DNA of 64,000 bases from Gonapodya sp. JEL0774. Lineage: Eukaryota. Made by a program: the position numbers and the translations under genes. The notes beneath the pieces are model-generated. The model searched no databases. It was not told the DNA's origin and was given only the letters and a program-made list of their open reading frames with translations. Where the stretch lies: assembly GCA_027604505.1 (NCBI GenBank), contig JADIIX010000001.1:186001-250000 (forward strand), given 5' to 3'. This document shows, piece by piece, positions 1 through 13,285 of the stretch; the first letter of the stretch is position 1, and each line of letters begins with the position of its first letter.

Positions 1-3000
1 AGCATCAAGAAGTTTGGCTTAGCGAACGCACAGATTAGCAGAGCAAACATGCGCTGTACTTGCCTGCAAGTGCCTGACTATGTTCATAAGTTCACGCAAA
101 GAGTAGGGGTATGCCACCAGACCCTCGTCGAAGGCAACCCGCAAATCTCCAAAAGCCTCAACGAGTCGGCGCAGGACGGTTCTCGAAACACCGGGAGCCG
201 CTTGCGATAACAGCGACAGCTCCGACTGCGGATCGGGATTGTCAACGGCGTGCCTAGGAGGTTAACATGTCGGTTCCCATTCGTTGCAAACAATCAACAG
301 GGAGAAAAACCACATACGTGGACAGCACATCTCCGATCGCACCGTAGAAGTCGTTCCCGAGGAAAGGATAGCCCGGTCGATTCGCAAGGAGAATAAGTCG
401 GAAGTCGGGATGCAGGATAATGTCACGTGCGTGTGTGCTGCCCGACACCTTCGCACTTGGAGGCCTTATTCGACGACCGTCGGTCAACGTCATTTCCCCA
501 TTTTCAGCAAGTGACTTCAGAACCGCTGTGATATAGCTAATCGGATAAGCGGTCGTTAACAGCAGCAGTAGGAAACGTAACATTAACGGTTGACGACGTA
601 CACTGGGGCTTTGTCGGCCTCATCAACAACCAGCACCCGCCCCATCTGAACCGCACGAACTAGGGGTGAATCCTTGTAGACAATGACCCCATTCTCTACT
701 GTTGGTTGAACCATCAAAGATTGCACAGTCGTATCGCTGATGAGTGTTCGTTTTACGTTTGATCCAGATGAAGGCGATTTTCAATATTGAGTACGTGAGG
801 AGGAATACGAAAGAGCAAGCTCACCGGTGAAGCTGAATGTACTCCCTTGGTCGGTTGATCAACTCCAAAAATCGGTCTGTTAGACGATTCTTACCAACGC
901 CTTGATTTCCTATGAGGAGTAGGTGCTCGCCGAGGCCGAAGTCAAGGGCCATCTCTCTCATTACATATGTATGGAGTTCGTTGTCATAGAAGGTTGATGG
1001 CACGCGAGGAACAAGAGCGCTACCCTCTGGGTCCCGATCATTGACCCTGTAAACTGGGTGAGCAACGTCGCCAATGATTAGCGCTAGTTGACCATTGACG
1101 GTCTCAACTCGGGGAATGTTTATGTTCATCTTTAAGGGGAAATAGCACTTAGAAATGTTTTTACCGAACACAGGAAAAAATTAGTACCGACCTTCTCCCG
1201 TGGTACAGGGGCAATGTTAACCTCTTTTAGAAGCAGTTCCAAGGCATCACGAGCGAGCTGGGGCAAGAAAGGACTCAAGCATGTCCGGTGAATCGCTCGA
1301 TTCAAGTCCTCGTTGGGGTGTTCAGCGAGCCGTTTGCAAATGCGAATGATTTGCCTGGCAAATATTCAATTGGTTACAAACCAAACTTCAAATCTTCCAG
1401 GGGAATTTACCTTGTTGACATAGCTGCAGCCTTGCTGAGGATTCCGCTCTGGCCAGCTGTGTCTTCGTGAGACAAAGAGCGGAACTTTTCTGCAAAATCC
1501 ATGAGGACTTGCATTTGGGGTTCCGGACACTTCGTGACGGCTGACCTCAATCTGCGTAAAAAACACCATTCTACCATATGCCAAGTTGATCTGACCCACC
1601 TCTCACAATCTCTTCTTCCTCAGCTCTCGAGAGTGATCCAACCTCAACGAAGGTAAACATGTTGAGTACTTCCTCAGTCAACCAAGGCATCGCTTCGCTG
1701 ACGTTGCCAGATGCCGGCGGGTGGGCCGGGGTGGAACTCGTTGCAACGACGCGGAATGATGGGTGGATCGGGTAGATCCGGTTTACTTCAATTAAGTGAG
1801 ATGCAGTCATGCCGGTCAGGCGAATGTGGTCCTGGAAAGTACGGGCAGAGACAAGATGGGATCCATCTGGAAGAGGAATCTCCCTGGAACACAAACATGA
1901 CTCAATATACCGAAGCTACAATGTCGAAACGCTACGAACCTGTCCTGCACAAGCCTTTGAAGACTCGCCAATGTTCCAGACTCTAGCATATCAACTCCAT
2001 CCAGGATGCATAACTTTCCTTCAGTCGCGGCGACGACTATTTGCAATTTGCGTCAGCATTCCAATCCAGATAAAGTTTCAATGCGTGACTTTACCTAACC
2101 CGGAATTCTCCCAGAATGTCGAGCCATCGCGGCGAGTTCCCCTTCGTTGCAACAAATCCCTCGCCGTCATATCTTTGTAGCAGTGAACTGACCAGCAAGA
2201 GCTAAAGCACTGTGATTCCTAATTCAGCAGCAATCGCAAGAGGACATACCAGTTTCCGTCCAACCTTCGCCATATCCCATAAGAGCTGCGAATCTCTGAA
2301 CCACGGTCGATTTGCCCGAGCCCTTCGGGCCAACAACAGCGATGTCAGACCCAGTTGCATGGGCTTGCATCATGCGAGTCACTGCATCTCGGTAACGTGC
2401 AGTGTCGACATACACCCGGCCATCCCCAAGCTGAAGGACAGCGGAAATAGATTCAGTAACCGAGGCTGGCGGAGTTAAATTGGCCGGACCTGGGAAGAGT
2501 TCGAATTTGAGTACAGTGGAGTCCTTTTGTCCTAATGAAACAAGAAGACTGACCACACGGCATCACAACGACCAAGTTCTCGGCAGACTTTTCAAGTCTG
2601 TTCCTGAAGGACACAGTCACCATAGGCGTGTCAAACTTAAATTCAAGAGCCTGTGAGGAGAGTCCCGACGGCAGTCCGTTGGGGTGCTCCGAGTCCACCG
2701 GAATGGGAGCGGACGTGCGTGAGAGTGCTTCCACTTCATACACTGCGAAACGAGATCTGCGAATCTTCTTTACGGGTTTCAGCTCTGGGGCGGGTCCCGT
2801 TTTGGTTTCCTAATGTGAAGAACTCCAGGAGTTAAGAGAGGATAGGGATTCGACAACTAAAATAACGGCATACCTCACTCGCTTGAGCAACATCCAAACT
2901 TTTGGGCCCGATGTTGAACCTGGCCAGAAACTTTTCGTAAGCGTCCCTCTGATCTGGACTCAACCCGCCCGTCAATCCGGAGTATGGATACACGCGTTCA

Positions 3001-4734
3001 AGAAGGGCTTCATGCATTGACTCATGGCCGGCCTCCCCCGGGAAGAGCGAGAGAAGAGCAGATATAGTAGGGACCGAAGTCTGTGGGTAGTACGGAAGAA
3101 GACTCGCATTGCCGGCGGTCGAAGAGATCGTTGTGTCTTCCTCTACACCGCGACATGCGTGAGACGCACAAAAGAACTACACCAAGAGTTGCAAATCATT
3201 AACAACTCACCCAACCTCCAACTGTATTTGATAGTCTCAGCGAGCATGTTTGCATTCTTCATGAACTCGCCAGCACTCTTCAGGGCTTCTTCGGAAACAC
3301 CCTTAATGACTGTTCCCATGCTCAAACGGGTACCACCAACAGTCCAACCATCAACATAGCGGACTTGGAATCGAGATCTGTGCGTCAAAAAATGTGAGAG
3401 ATGGTAAATAGTAAGGGAACGTCGGTGAGTTACCTACCGAAACGGCGGATCGAGCAAGTTACCCTTGTACGGAGGAACAGGAATACCAAGCGCGATGACT
3501 CGGAACCGAGGATCAACGCGAACTACAGATGAACCGGAGCACCCGTACATAGTGTTAGTTCCTTCGGTCGGCTCTACACCGCATTGTGAGAACAGTACTG
3601 ATTACATACCCAACTTCCAGCTATCAAGCTCCGCCTTCGTGTGTCCTTGCTGCAGTAAGTTGTCGTAAAATTTGGGGTTCACCAAGTGCCGGCCGTCTTC
3701 GAGATTGATTTCTCGGTTTTCCAAGAGATTATTCAGAACGGGAAGTACATTCCGCTCCGCCTTCTCAATGCCTGTGTTACGATGGTCATCATTTGCAAGA
3801 AGCTTGAGGTAAAACGAGATATCGTCGTTGAACCCACCTTCTATTACGAGCACTCTACCCTCAACTGCGGCCCTTACCGCTGCGCTGTCCACCCACTCGG
3901 CCCTCAACTTTCCCAACCCATCACCTACGTCGTGCTCCCCAAAGTTACCCTTCCGAATGTCGTCCTGGGATAAGTCTGTCCGAAGAATCTCACGACGCTG
4001 CTTGAGATCGGACTCGGCGGACGTGTCACGGTGGAGACAGACGTACTCGGCCTCAAGTTGTAGAAGGGCGCAAAACGCATGGGCAATGTGGCGGCGAAGC
4101 GGGCCTGGCGGTCTGGAAATCATAATAAATACAAGAAGTTGGGAAGTACAGTAAGCACAATATGATAGCCGAATATAACGGACTATCATCTCCTTTCAAT
4201 CTCAACATCATCGACGTGTTACCCACCCGCTCAGAAATATGTCTTGGCCTAGTGAATACTTTTGCATCATCCATTGCAGGTGTTCGAGGATTGCCTCCGA
4301 TTCCAAGTCGACACACACATCCACGGGGACGCGATTTGGTGAGTTCGGAATGTTGACTGAATAAAATACAGCAGTGGTGGTTTGAGTCAAGTTGGATGGC
4401 GGTGCTCGCAGTGCCGTTCATCAGAAGACTCCACTTGCCCCAATATGAGACGCCGCAATTTTTGAGGATCCACCATATCTACTCACTGTCCATGCAAACA
4501 TCTCCGATACATAACCTCTTCGCATCGTCAGGATTGACAGGCGCTTCGTCGTCAATTTCAATTGCGCCATCCTCGTTGCCGGACGTGGGATTGGCTGGTA
4601 AACCAAATTTACGGTTAACAGATCGTGAGTAAACAGGGACACAGATACTTACTAGACAGAAGTTTTGAATCTGGAAGTCCAAGAGCAGCGCGTATGTGAT
4701 CGAGGCGGCGGAACGCAGCTGATTTCGGAGTCAT
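1..4734 (-). CDS. VWA8: VWA8-like multi-AAA+ (MoxR/midasin-type) ATPase, multi-exon; C-terminal part runs off the left edge
   Basis: Spliced minus-strand ORFs give LQWMMQKYSLGQDIFL, GPPGPLRRH, HRDTSAESDLKQRREI, GIEKAERNVLPVLNNLLENREINLEDGRHL, Walker A GPKGSGKS and GNQGVGKNRLTDRFL, HPDFRLILLANRPGYPFLGNDF. These are characteristic of VWA8. Probable ATG at 4734 (MTPKSAAFRRL). Confidence 0.9.
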
Positions 4735-5729
4735 GGCAGCTCCGTGCAAAAGATTCGTGGGAGTGTAGTTTATTGTAGTACGACGTGAGACAACAGCGGT
4801 GCTGATTGCCCGATGCCCAGTCGAAAGTCCAGAGACCACGGAAGTGATCGAAAAAAAGTACACTGAGAGTCTACCAACTCGATGGGTCAGGAAAGGAGCA
4901 GTGTGCGCCACCACTTTCGCGGAGGCTGGCGGAATTATGGAAGATGGGGTTTACTGTTCCGCTTGGAGTCACAAACCCAGATAAAATGGGATCGAGTAAC
5001 GTGGGAGAGTTAAGTGGGAATTCCAGCGTGAGGTCAATGTTGTTGGTGGGGAATACCGAGTGTCAGCGTTATGCGTGGAGATAGCAGATGTTGGTTCTGA
5101 GCACACAGGTTCGGTGCGGTTTTTGTATGATCCATGCTATCACTCCCAATAATATGAATATCCATCTCTATAGTCTTAGGTGTTGGAGTATCCCTGCAGC
5201 TCGAAGGAACGGTCTTCACCGGTGATGGAAACCAACGTCGACGTCCACCAACAACAATTTATTTGTTCCCGACAAGTCCCCAAATCACGACGCCATCCAC
5301 GGCTCTCATCGACACCTGTCAATCCATCGTGTCATAATGCTCGGATCTTCCAACCCTGGACATTCGATCCCCTCAGAAATATTTTGAAACGCCTTCACGG
5401 ACTCACCACTCCGCGACTTCCGACTCAACTCCGAGTTTCCGGGTGTGACACGAGTCGACTCGTCTGTCAAACTTCGTAAAGCAAACGCTCCTCGGTACAC
5501 AATCTCAACGTTTCCGAAGCTCGATTGGCAGTTCCGGACGGGGGAGGGCGGCAAAACTTCTCGTTGCCGATCACGTGACCCACTTCCCTCCGCCAACAAT
5601 TGAGTATTTCCACAAGCTCCGAGCGAAGTAGGCTTCTCGAAGTGCAGTACTTCAGTATAGTAGCATTATTACAGAACTACGCTTTCCCGTATTATCACGT
5701 GCTACGCGTGATTCCACGTTCACTCCTCA

Positions 5730-6516
5730 TCATATCCACCACCCCCGTCTTCCCACCGACTCCAGCACCACCTCCACAAATTTCTCCAAGCCCACCCTAT
5801 CATCTTCGTCAAACCCTTCGAGCTCCGCGCAGTCCAAGTCCAGCACACCCACCACCACCTTCTCTTCGGACGAAGTAGCAACAGTGGTGGTGGTTCCATT
5901 CGCAGTGCCAGTGTGTTCGGATGAGGACGTTGGTGGGTAAATCCAGGAACGCGGCACTTTTATGGGTATCACAATTTCTGAACGGGAAGCTGAATCGCAA
6001 GCGATATGACCTGGAAAGGTCTAAAACGGAATTCTTTCGAATCTGCAAAGAACGAACGAGCCCCTCCAGCAGTTACGTTCTCACCTCGACGTCTTCAACA
6101 ACAACCGTTTCACCCTTCGCGGCGGCCGTTCCGCACACACCCTTCCCAAACTGAATCGCTGTGCACGCCACTCTCCCTTGAAACGGTCCCAACCTCATCG
6201 TCGTCCGTTTTCTCTTACCCCCTGTTTCGGTTTGGGAACTGTCGTCATATCGATCCTCTGGGTACACCAGATAAAACCCCGTCCAATTCACTTTCCGCTC
6301 GTAAGGAGGATCGTTGAGTGCGAAATAGAGCAAGCTGGCCGCGTTTCCGAGGTGGAGAACCCAATCGTAATTGGAAACTGCGATTGTTCTCCGATGCTCG
6401 GAGTGGTGCGAGGACGGGGACAGGAGACCGGAAAGGTCTGTGGCGAGTGTAGAGTAGAAGAGCGCTTTGGGGACAGCAGTGCTTGGCGCGGGAGCTGGAT
6501 GGTGTGATGCCGTCAT
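5730..6516 (-). CDS. GAF-domain free methionine-R-sulfoxide reductase (fRMsr/MsrC, YKL069W-like), 2 exons
   Basis: [32 protein letters not shown]; after the intron [18 protein letters not shown] and [19 protein letters not shown]. The conserved Cys residues are present. An alternative in-frame ATG lies at 6585. Confidence 0.9.
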
Positions 6517-6819
6517 ATGCGTTGATTGAAGATGGTTGTGAGTTGTGAGGAGTTGGAGGAAAGAGAGGATGCTTGCTGCGGCCATCTATATATGGGCAAT
6601 AAGTAACTGTCGACAAAACACGAACACAAAAGATATAGTCTTCATAAGATTATTAGTGGGCTAAATCGAGAGAACATGCCGTTCTTGTGTTTCATTGCTG
6701 TTGTTTGGTGGGACATCTCAGTGGTGGCTGAGTCACTGTCCGCCAGAGCACCAGGCTCTCACTGTCAGATCGATTGACGAGTTCACCACTATTAGTTCAC
6801 CACAACAGACAAACGCTCG

Positions 6820-8508
6820 ATGCTGGGATCTCGGCCACGCTCGTCGACCCGCAACACTCAAAAAATTATTGCGCCCAACAATCTCCCCCAAACCGACCCC
6901 CTTTCGTTAATCTCAAAGGTCCTGTTCACTCCCGAACTGCTCGCTCATATTCTGCGTTTTGTAGCCCAGTCCTCACTCCACGCCTGCGCGTCTGTAAGGT
7001 ACGTCTAGTGCTAGCTGACTAGAAAAGCTGCAGTCGTGGGATTGGTGATGCACGTGTTGGGTCTGGGTGCCGTCGAATGGTCCGTTGTACAAGGGCAAAG
7101 CACAACCGTCCCGCAAAGTTGACCGTCGAGAGCTGTGTGATGTATGGTACTGAGACCACCTTTCATTAATCGTTTCGTCTCCCCCAACAACTCCAGCAAA
7201 CTCTGGAACACCACTACACTCCCCCTCCTTTGGAAACGCTGGCACATTAACTTGAACACCCCTTCGTGCGCCTTACAACTCCGGACTTACCTCTCCTTCT
7301 CCCCAGAAACCCGCGCCCTCATCAAACCCTCACACGTTGGCGTGGATCTCGACTTGCCCCCTGAAGCCGCCGCCAGCGATGCACCACAAATTGCAAATGT
7401 GATAAGACAAGTCGCACCCCACGTGCGATATTGGAATGTGTACCGAATGCCTCCCGAAATACTCGCCGCCTGGACAATGCTTGTGCTCGCAGAGAACCAA
7501 CTTGGCATGGTCGTATTTCTCAACGATGCCAACGCGCATTTGGCACCGTGGGTCACAGGCTTACTGGACCGGTGTCGAAACTTACGTGAACTCACCCTCG
7601 AGTCACTGGACCCCGACCTCGAGGGAAGCGTAACGGGACCGGGTGGCTCTACAGCCTCCAATTCTTCCATTGCCAATGTTGGCATCGTCCTACCTGCCGC
7701 TGCTACACAACTACGTGGCCTCTACCTCAAGGGCCTCATACCCCCCGCTCAGTATACCACCATCTCCAACTTCCGGAATCTCTCCCGTCTGATGCTTAAC
7801 AATCGCTCCCTGCCCGGCACGGCAGGAGACCTCACCTGTCTTCACACCCTCACCAACCTCACGCATCTCCTCATTTCCAATTTCGCAACCACGTGGCGTC
7901 AAGGTGTGCGGCCCCTATTGCGCGCAGTCGGGGCAGGACTTAAGGCGCTGGACGTGACTGGCATTTCTACGGACCACGACGAGGATGATGCGGACCCGAG
8001 CGAGATAGCTGGGGATATTGTGGAATTGTGTCCAGAGTTGGAACAGCTGGCTATGGATGACTATGGGCCAGTGCCGATGGCAGTGCCGAGTAGATTGTTC
8101 TTGAGCTTGGAGAAATTGAGAACATTGAGGTTAGTCAAGTCATTGGACGCGTTACGTTGTGGGTAGTCTGTGTGTCCTGAACAACTCTCCACCAATCACA
8201 TCCTCACCCGGTCAAACTGTGCGTGTAAACCTACGCCCGGACCATTTCTTTTCCCCCTTATTTCACTTATACTTTGTGTCACATTCCATGAAACATTGGT
8301 TGACCTCAGCATGCTTGGTTATTCCTTCCTGTTCTCCCTTCCCGATAAGGCCCTCCTCGAAGCAATCGTCTCCCGCCGTACCATATCTACGATCCGCTTC
8401 ATCTTTCACTGGGAGAGTACTGAGACCATTGCGGGGTGCGAACCTTCGTTGTCCGGGGTGAGTACGTGGACGGATGAGTGGGAATTGTGTGTGAAGGGGC
8501 CTGAGTGA
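6820..8508 (+). CDS. F-box plus RNI-like LRR protein (about 3 exons)
   Basis: F-box-like VLFTPELLAHILRFVAQSSLHACASVS|KLWNTTTLPLLW joined across an intron (about 6999-7195), followed by LxxLxL repeats (CRNLRELTLE, FRNLSRLML, CPELEQLAM). Confidence 0.7.
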
Positions 8509-8626
8509 GTTAAGAAACCCTGGAGAGCGTGTGGCGGTCGGAGTTGTATTTGCTTCTTTGTAAATAATGCATTTAATTGTGGGTTCCGCACATTTTCGAC
8601 CATGTTGGGTCACTGAGTAACACATA

Positions 8627-10197
8627 ATGTCCACCCCTGCGAGCTCCGCCGAATCCCACAAAGCAGCCGGAAATGTAGCGTTCGCAAGGGGGGAGGTGGG
8701 TCGTGTTTCTACGAGAATGATCAATGATGTTCGAATCCTCATGTTCCCACGAGAGGTCATTATTGATCATCAACCGCGATTTTCCGGCATGTGGGTCCCG
8801 CGTTGGCCGGTATGGTCAATCAATTGTTCTGGCAGTACGAATTGGCTATTGCAGAGTACTCTACAGCCATAATTCAAGTGAGTGAGACAGGATTCGTTGA
8901 AGCTCCTCCTTCCGTCTCCAACACGTTGTGCCTCTCTACCATCCTCCCCCTTTTGAGAATCCGACTGTTGCGACATACTACACCAATAGGGCGTTGTGTT
9001 ACAAGCGGCTCGAACAGTGGGATAAGGTGATTGTGGACTGTCGCAAGGCATTAGACTTGGACGAGCAAGCGGGTGAGTAGTGATGGAAATCGAATCAAAA
9101 GATATGGTATATAGGTGGCAATAGAATCGCAAGAGGCAGTTTGTGTGGGCTTCGGGAAGAGTTTCAAGGTCGTGACTGTGCGAGTTCACTTTGTCCTCCA
9201 CGGTTACCTGATTCTCTTTCCCAATGTGCGGTTTATTTGGCAGTCAAGGGTCACTATTTCCTTGGACAAGCTCTCTCGGAATCAGACACATCTCTCCAAA
9301 CGCCCATTCGAACACCATCACCGCTCCAAACCCACAGTAGCTCTAAGGAGTTTGCCTCACGAGAATCCATAGCGCCACCAAACCTGTCCCTGCACAACAA
9401 CGCAATTTCGCATTTGCGCAAGGCGTATGATTTGTCTATACAAGATGCAAAGCCGACTGCGTTCACTTCAGAGGTGGGAAAGGCGTTAATGAAAGCCAGA
9501 AAAAAGAAATGGGAGCTTGAGGGTGAGCTTCTGTCGTTGTTTCTCAGGGCTTGCTGGGGCTCGTACAATTGTAGTTTGCCTCGAAGACCGATACCGCAGG
9601 GCTTCGTCTGACAAATTACATCAATACCTAACTGGACTCATCAACGACGACCGTGATCGTCGCGTTGCAGCAATGCTCGAAGCCGCTTACGACAACCCCC
9701 AGTCCGCCAATCAGCATGGCTCTAAGGACATCGATTCTGCTATCTCGTCTATTCACAGCGAGCACGATGGGTACCTGACCGACTTGGAGCACCTGTTTAT
9801 AAGGGCTGAACATGCGGTGCAGACAAGTGCCGATTTGCCCGCCGTTGGTGTGCAAGGGAAAACTCCATCGAGGGGTGCCCGGGAAATTCCCGAGTACTTC
9901 ACTGGGAAGTTGAGGTGGGAGTTGATGCTAGATCCCGTGGTGACGCAGAGTGGGATCACGTGAGTGCTGGACGTTGTCAGTGCCTCTTACCTGTGCCAAG
10001 AACCGCAACTGTGTACCCCTGAGAACAGGTACGACCGCACAGAAATCCTCGACCATCTCCAGAGAAATGGTCCCTTCGATCCCATCTCGCGCCGTCCCCT
10101 CACAGAGAAGGACCTTGTACCCAATCTTGCTTTGCGGGATGCTGTGGAGGATTGGCTCAACAGAAATGGATGGGCAGCCGAAGAGGCGATGGGTTAG
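8627..10197 (+). CDS. STUB1: CHIP/STUB1-like TPR plus U-box E3 ubiquitin ligase / co-chaperone, multi-exon
   Basis: TPR: HKAAGNVAF...YYTNRALCYKRLEQW...VKGHYFLGQAL. U-box: EIPEYFTGKLRWELMLDPVVTQSGIT|YDRTEILDHLQRNGPFDPISRRPLTEKDLVPNLALRDAVEDWL. Confidence 0.92.
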
Positions 10198-10450
10198 AAA
10201 ACCGTGAGAGGGGTTATATTGGCTCGTACATACGGAACTATAGAAGTCGTAATATTATAGCCAATTGTGTCTCTTTTGGCTTGGAACAATGAGGCAATGA
10301 GAGTTAGTGAGTTTGTGCACAGTGGTTGACCAGCGCCGCCCCCACTTTCCGGCCACACCTTTCAATCACTCTCATCAGCATTTTTCGACTATTATTCGAC
10401 AAAGGCTGAAGCCTCGCTATCACGTGGAAGAATAACCGACATTGCTTTCG

Positions 10451-13090
10451 ATGATGGAGAGGGTCTCCACGTGGGAACAATCCCCGGACGATTCAGACGA
10501 AGAGGGTGATGAACCGCTGTTTGATATTGGCTTCACTTTGCTCCAAGGGTTTGCTCGTGTGACAAGATATGCCGGTGAGTGACGTAGGGATGAACATCGG
10601 TGTGAATCATCGATCAAAACATGTTACGATCTGCTGTGGGAGACTCCAAGCTGTTTCATCATGTGCTTTGGGCGCCCCAAATGAAAACTGAGAGGGAGAT
10701 TCCTTTATTGCGTGAAAACCTCAGAATTGTTCTTTCCCGCTGATTCGTGGAACGCATTTCAGGACATTTGAAATCGCTCCTGCCCTCTCCTGCCGAGCTC
10801 TTTGCAAGCTTTGATGAGCCATATAATCCTGCTGATAATGATCTTCCTCCTCGACAACGACGAGCGCGGGAGCATGTACCAGAAATATCGACACATGAAA
10901 CCGAAAACGCCAGTGGATTTTATGTTGAGAACAATGTGTACCTTGCGAAGCTTGCGCATAAACTACAAGTTGAGGGTGAACGTGCACATTGGAATGAGAT
11001 GGAGGGAGAGAAAGGACGGTTTGCACCCGATCAGGAAGTAGCCGAAGGAGATACTCACGCTTATGACAATGAATGGAAGTACTTTGATGACGATCCGCCA
11101 CGGCAACTTACTACATCGACTGGTACAGCACTTTTTCTTGACGAGGTGAATGATGGTTGCGGTGAGTAGTCATTTTTCCAACTAATATCTTGGCGTGATT
11201 CGGGAACGACCCGCTATCGGGTTCCGTATCTTAACACAGACTCTGACCAGCCGATTCAATCCGGTTGTCTTTCTGTCGAGCAGACTTAACCGGCCACTCA
11301 AACCTCCTTGCGATCTCCGCAAAAGACACAACCACACTAAACCCAGCTTTTATTTCCGCCCGCCAGTCATCTATTATTGATATGCAAGAGTTGTCGTCCG
11401 AGCTTGGCTTCTCGGATCTCGAATCAGAAGCCGAAGATAGTTTCCTGGGAGATTCGGAGGGAGGTGATGGCGTGGACGTAGATTTGGCCGGTGAAATCGG
11501 TCTGGAACTTCAAGATATGTCTCTGTCAGAATCCTCCCTCAGAGCAATCCAGGAGCCTTCGACGACAAACAGAGCTGTATATTGGTCATCGACTGTTGAA
11601 CCGTCCCCTCTCAACTTCCCTCACAAATTGCCATCTCGCACTTCGTCGGATTCCCCCTCGATGGCTGCCTCAGGATTTGAGATTCTCCAGCTTGATGCCG
11701 CAACAACCCCACGGGATCCCCTTTATGCTACCCGTCCACCGTCGAAGAAAGCGCCAATTGGAGACGGAGACCTTGCCTCTCTCATCAGCGGGTGCAAGGA
11801 AGAAGATATCCGCGCAGCTGCTTTTCATCGTGGATTTGAACCAACCACAAGAAAATTCGGGTGGCAGTGGCTTCTGGGAGTTCCAGGTGGTGATGAAGAA
11901 CGACGAAAGACTGAATGGGAAGAAGTGAGGAAGTCGTGGTGGGTTTAAGTCTGAGGTGTATTATTTGCCCAACTACTATATTTGATTGATCTCCTGCGCG
12001 TAGGAAGTATCCTCTCGAGACCTCCAAGCCTGATGACCCCGCAGCACCTGATTCCACTGCGTTCCATCTTATAGAATCGGACGTCCTTCGTTCGGACCGA
12101 GACCTGCCGATTTTCAAAGGAAAAGAAGCTCGTCGTACTCGTACCGCTTCTTCACTCGTCCCACCACCAGACAGTAAGAATGGTGTCCAGTCTCAACGTT
12201 GGTCACGGGTCGATAGCGAGGGTTCTCCCCATCTCTCTTTGCTTCGTGATGTGCTGGTAACGTATACCACGTGCCACCTGGATGGGCGAGAACTGGGGTA
12301 TGTTCAAGGAATGTCAGACATTGCGAGTGTTTGCGTGGTGGTATTTGCTGGGTCTGGAGGTGGGGAGGGCAGCCTAGACGAGGCCGGAACATATTGGGGC
12401 TTTGTGCAAATGATGGCAAGGATGGGGAGGAATTTCACACGTGACGGAGGAGGTGTGCGGCAGCAACTCGGAACATTGGCCTCCCTCTTAAAAGGTGCGC
12501 GTCGTGGTATTATCCCAATTTACCACGTTCACGAATAATGAACATCCAAGTTGTCGCAAGTTGTTGACCCTGCACTCTCAGCGTACTTCTCGATTGTCGG
12601 TGCTGAGGACCTGTTCTTTGCCTATCGGTGGTACATCGTCTTGTTTAAGAGGGAGTTCCTGGATATTAATGATCTTGTACGGCTTTGGGACGTTATCTTG
12701 TGAGTTGAATGACCGGTCTGCTGTAAGCGAGTTTGGTCGTTGAAACTTCGTCCTTGTGGCGGTCCGAACAGGTCGAACCATCTCTGCGTGAACTTCCATC
12801 ATTTTATTGCCGTTGCGATCTTAATGGAACATAAAAGTGGTATGATGAGACATTTAAAGAATGTGGACGAAGTACTCAAGGTAAATGTCTCGAGGTTACT
12901 GTTGTGTTGAGTAGCACTGTCTGAAATTCACCTTAACTTCCTTCTCTAGTACATTGGGGACTTGCCAGGAGCAATTTCACTTTCTAAAACTGTCAAAATC
13001 GCCACTCAGAAATTTGTACAGTTCCGTGACACATCCCTTGGCAATCGGAACGTGAAGCGAGAATTTGATATTGAGCAAATACTTTCTTGA
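10451..13090 (+). CDS. TBC-domain Rab GTPase-activating protein (Gyp7/TBC1D15-like), multi-exon
   Basis: RKFGWQWLLG, arginine finger IESDVLRSDR, glutamine finger LGYVQGMSD, LFFAYRWYIVLFKREF, RLWDVIL. Start position approximate. Confidence 0.85.
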
Positions 13091-13285
13091 AAGCTTTACT
13101 GTACGATACAACATTTTCGATTTGAGCTACATATGCCATACAAATCAGGTCTCAATTTCTTTAGGGCGTTTTTGTACAATGCCGCATAACCTGTGGCAGA
13201 TCCCTTTGGTGGACAGTAAGGGATAACCTCTCCGCGAATCACTGCCGATTGAGAGGCCTTTTTTACGCGGGAGCGGTGGAGATCG

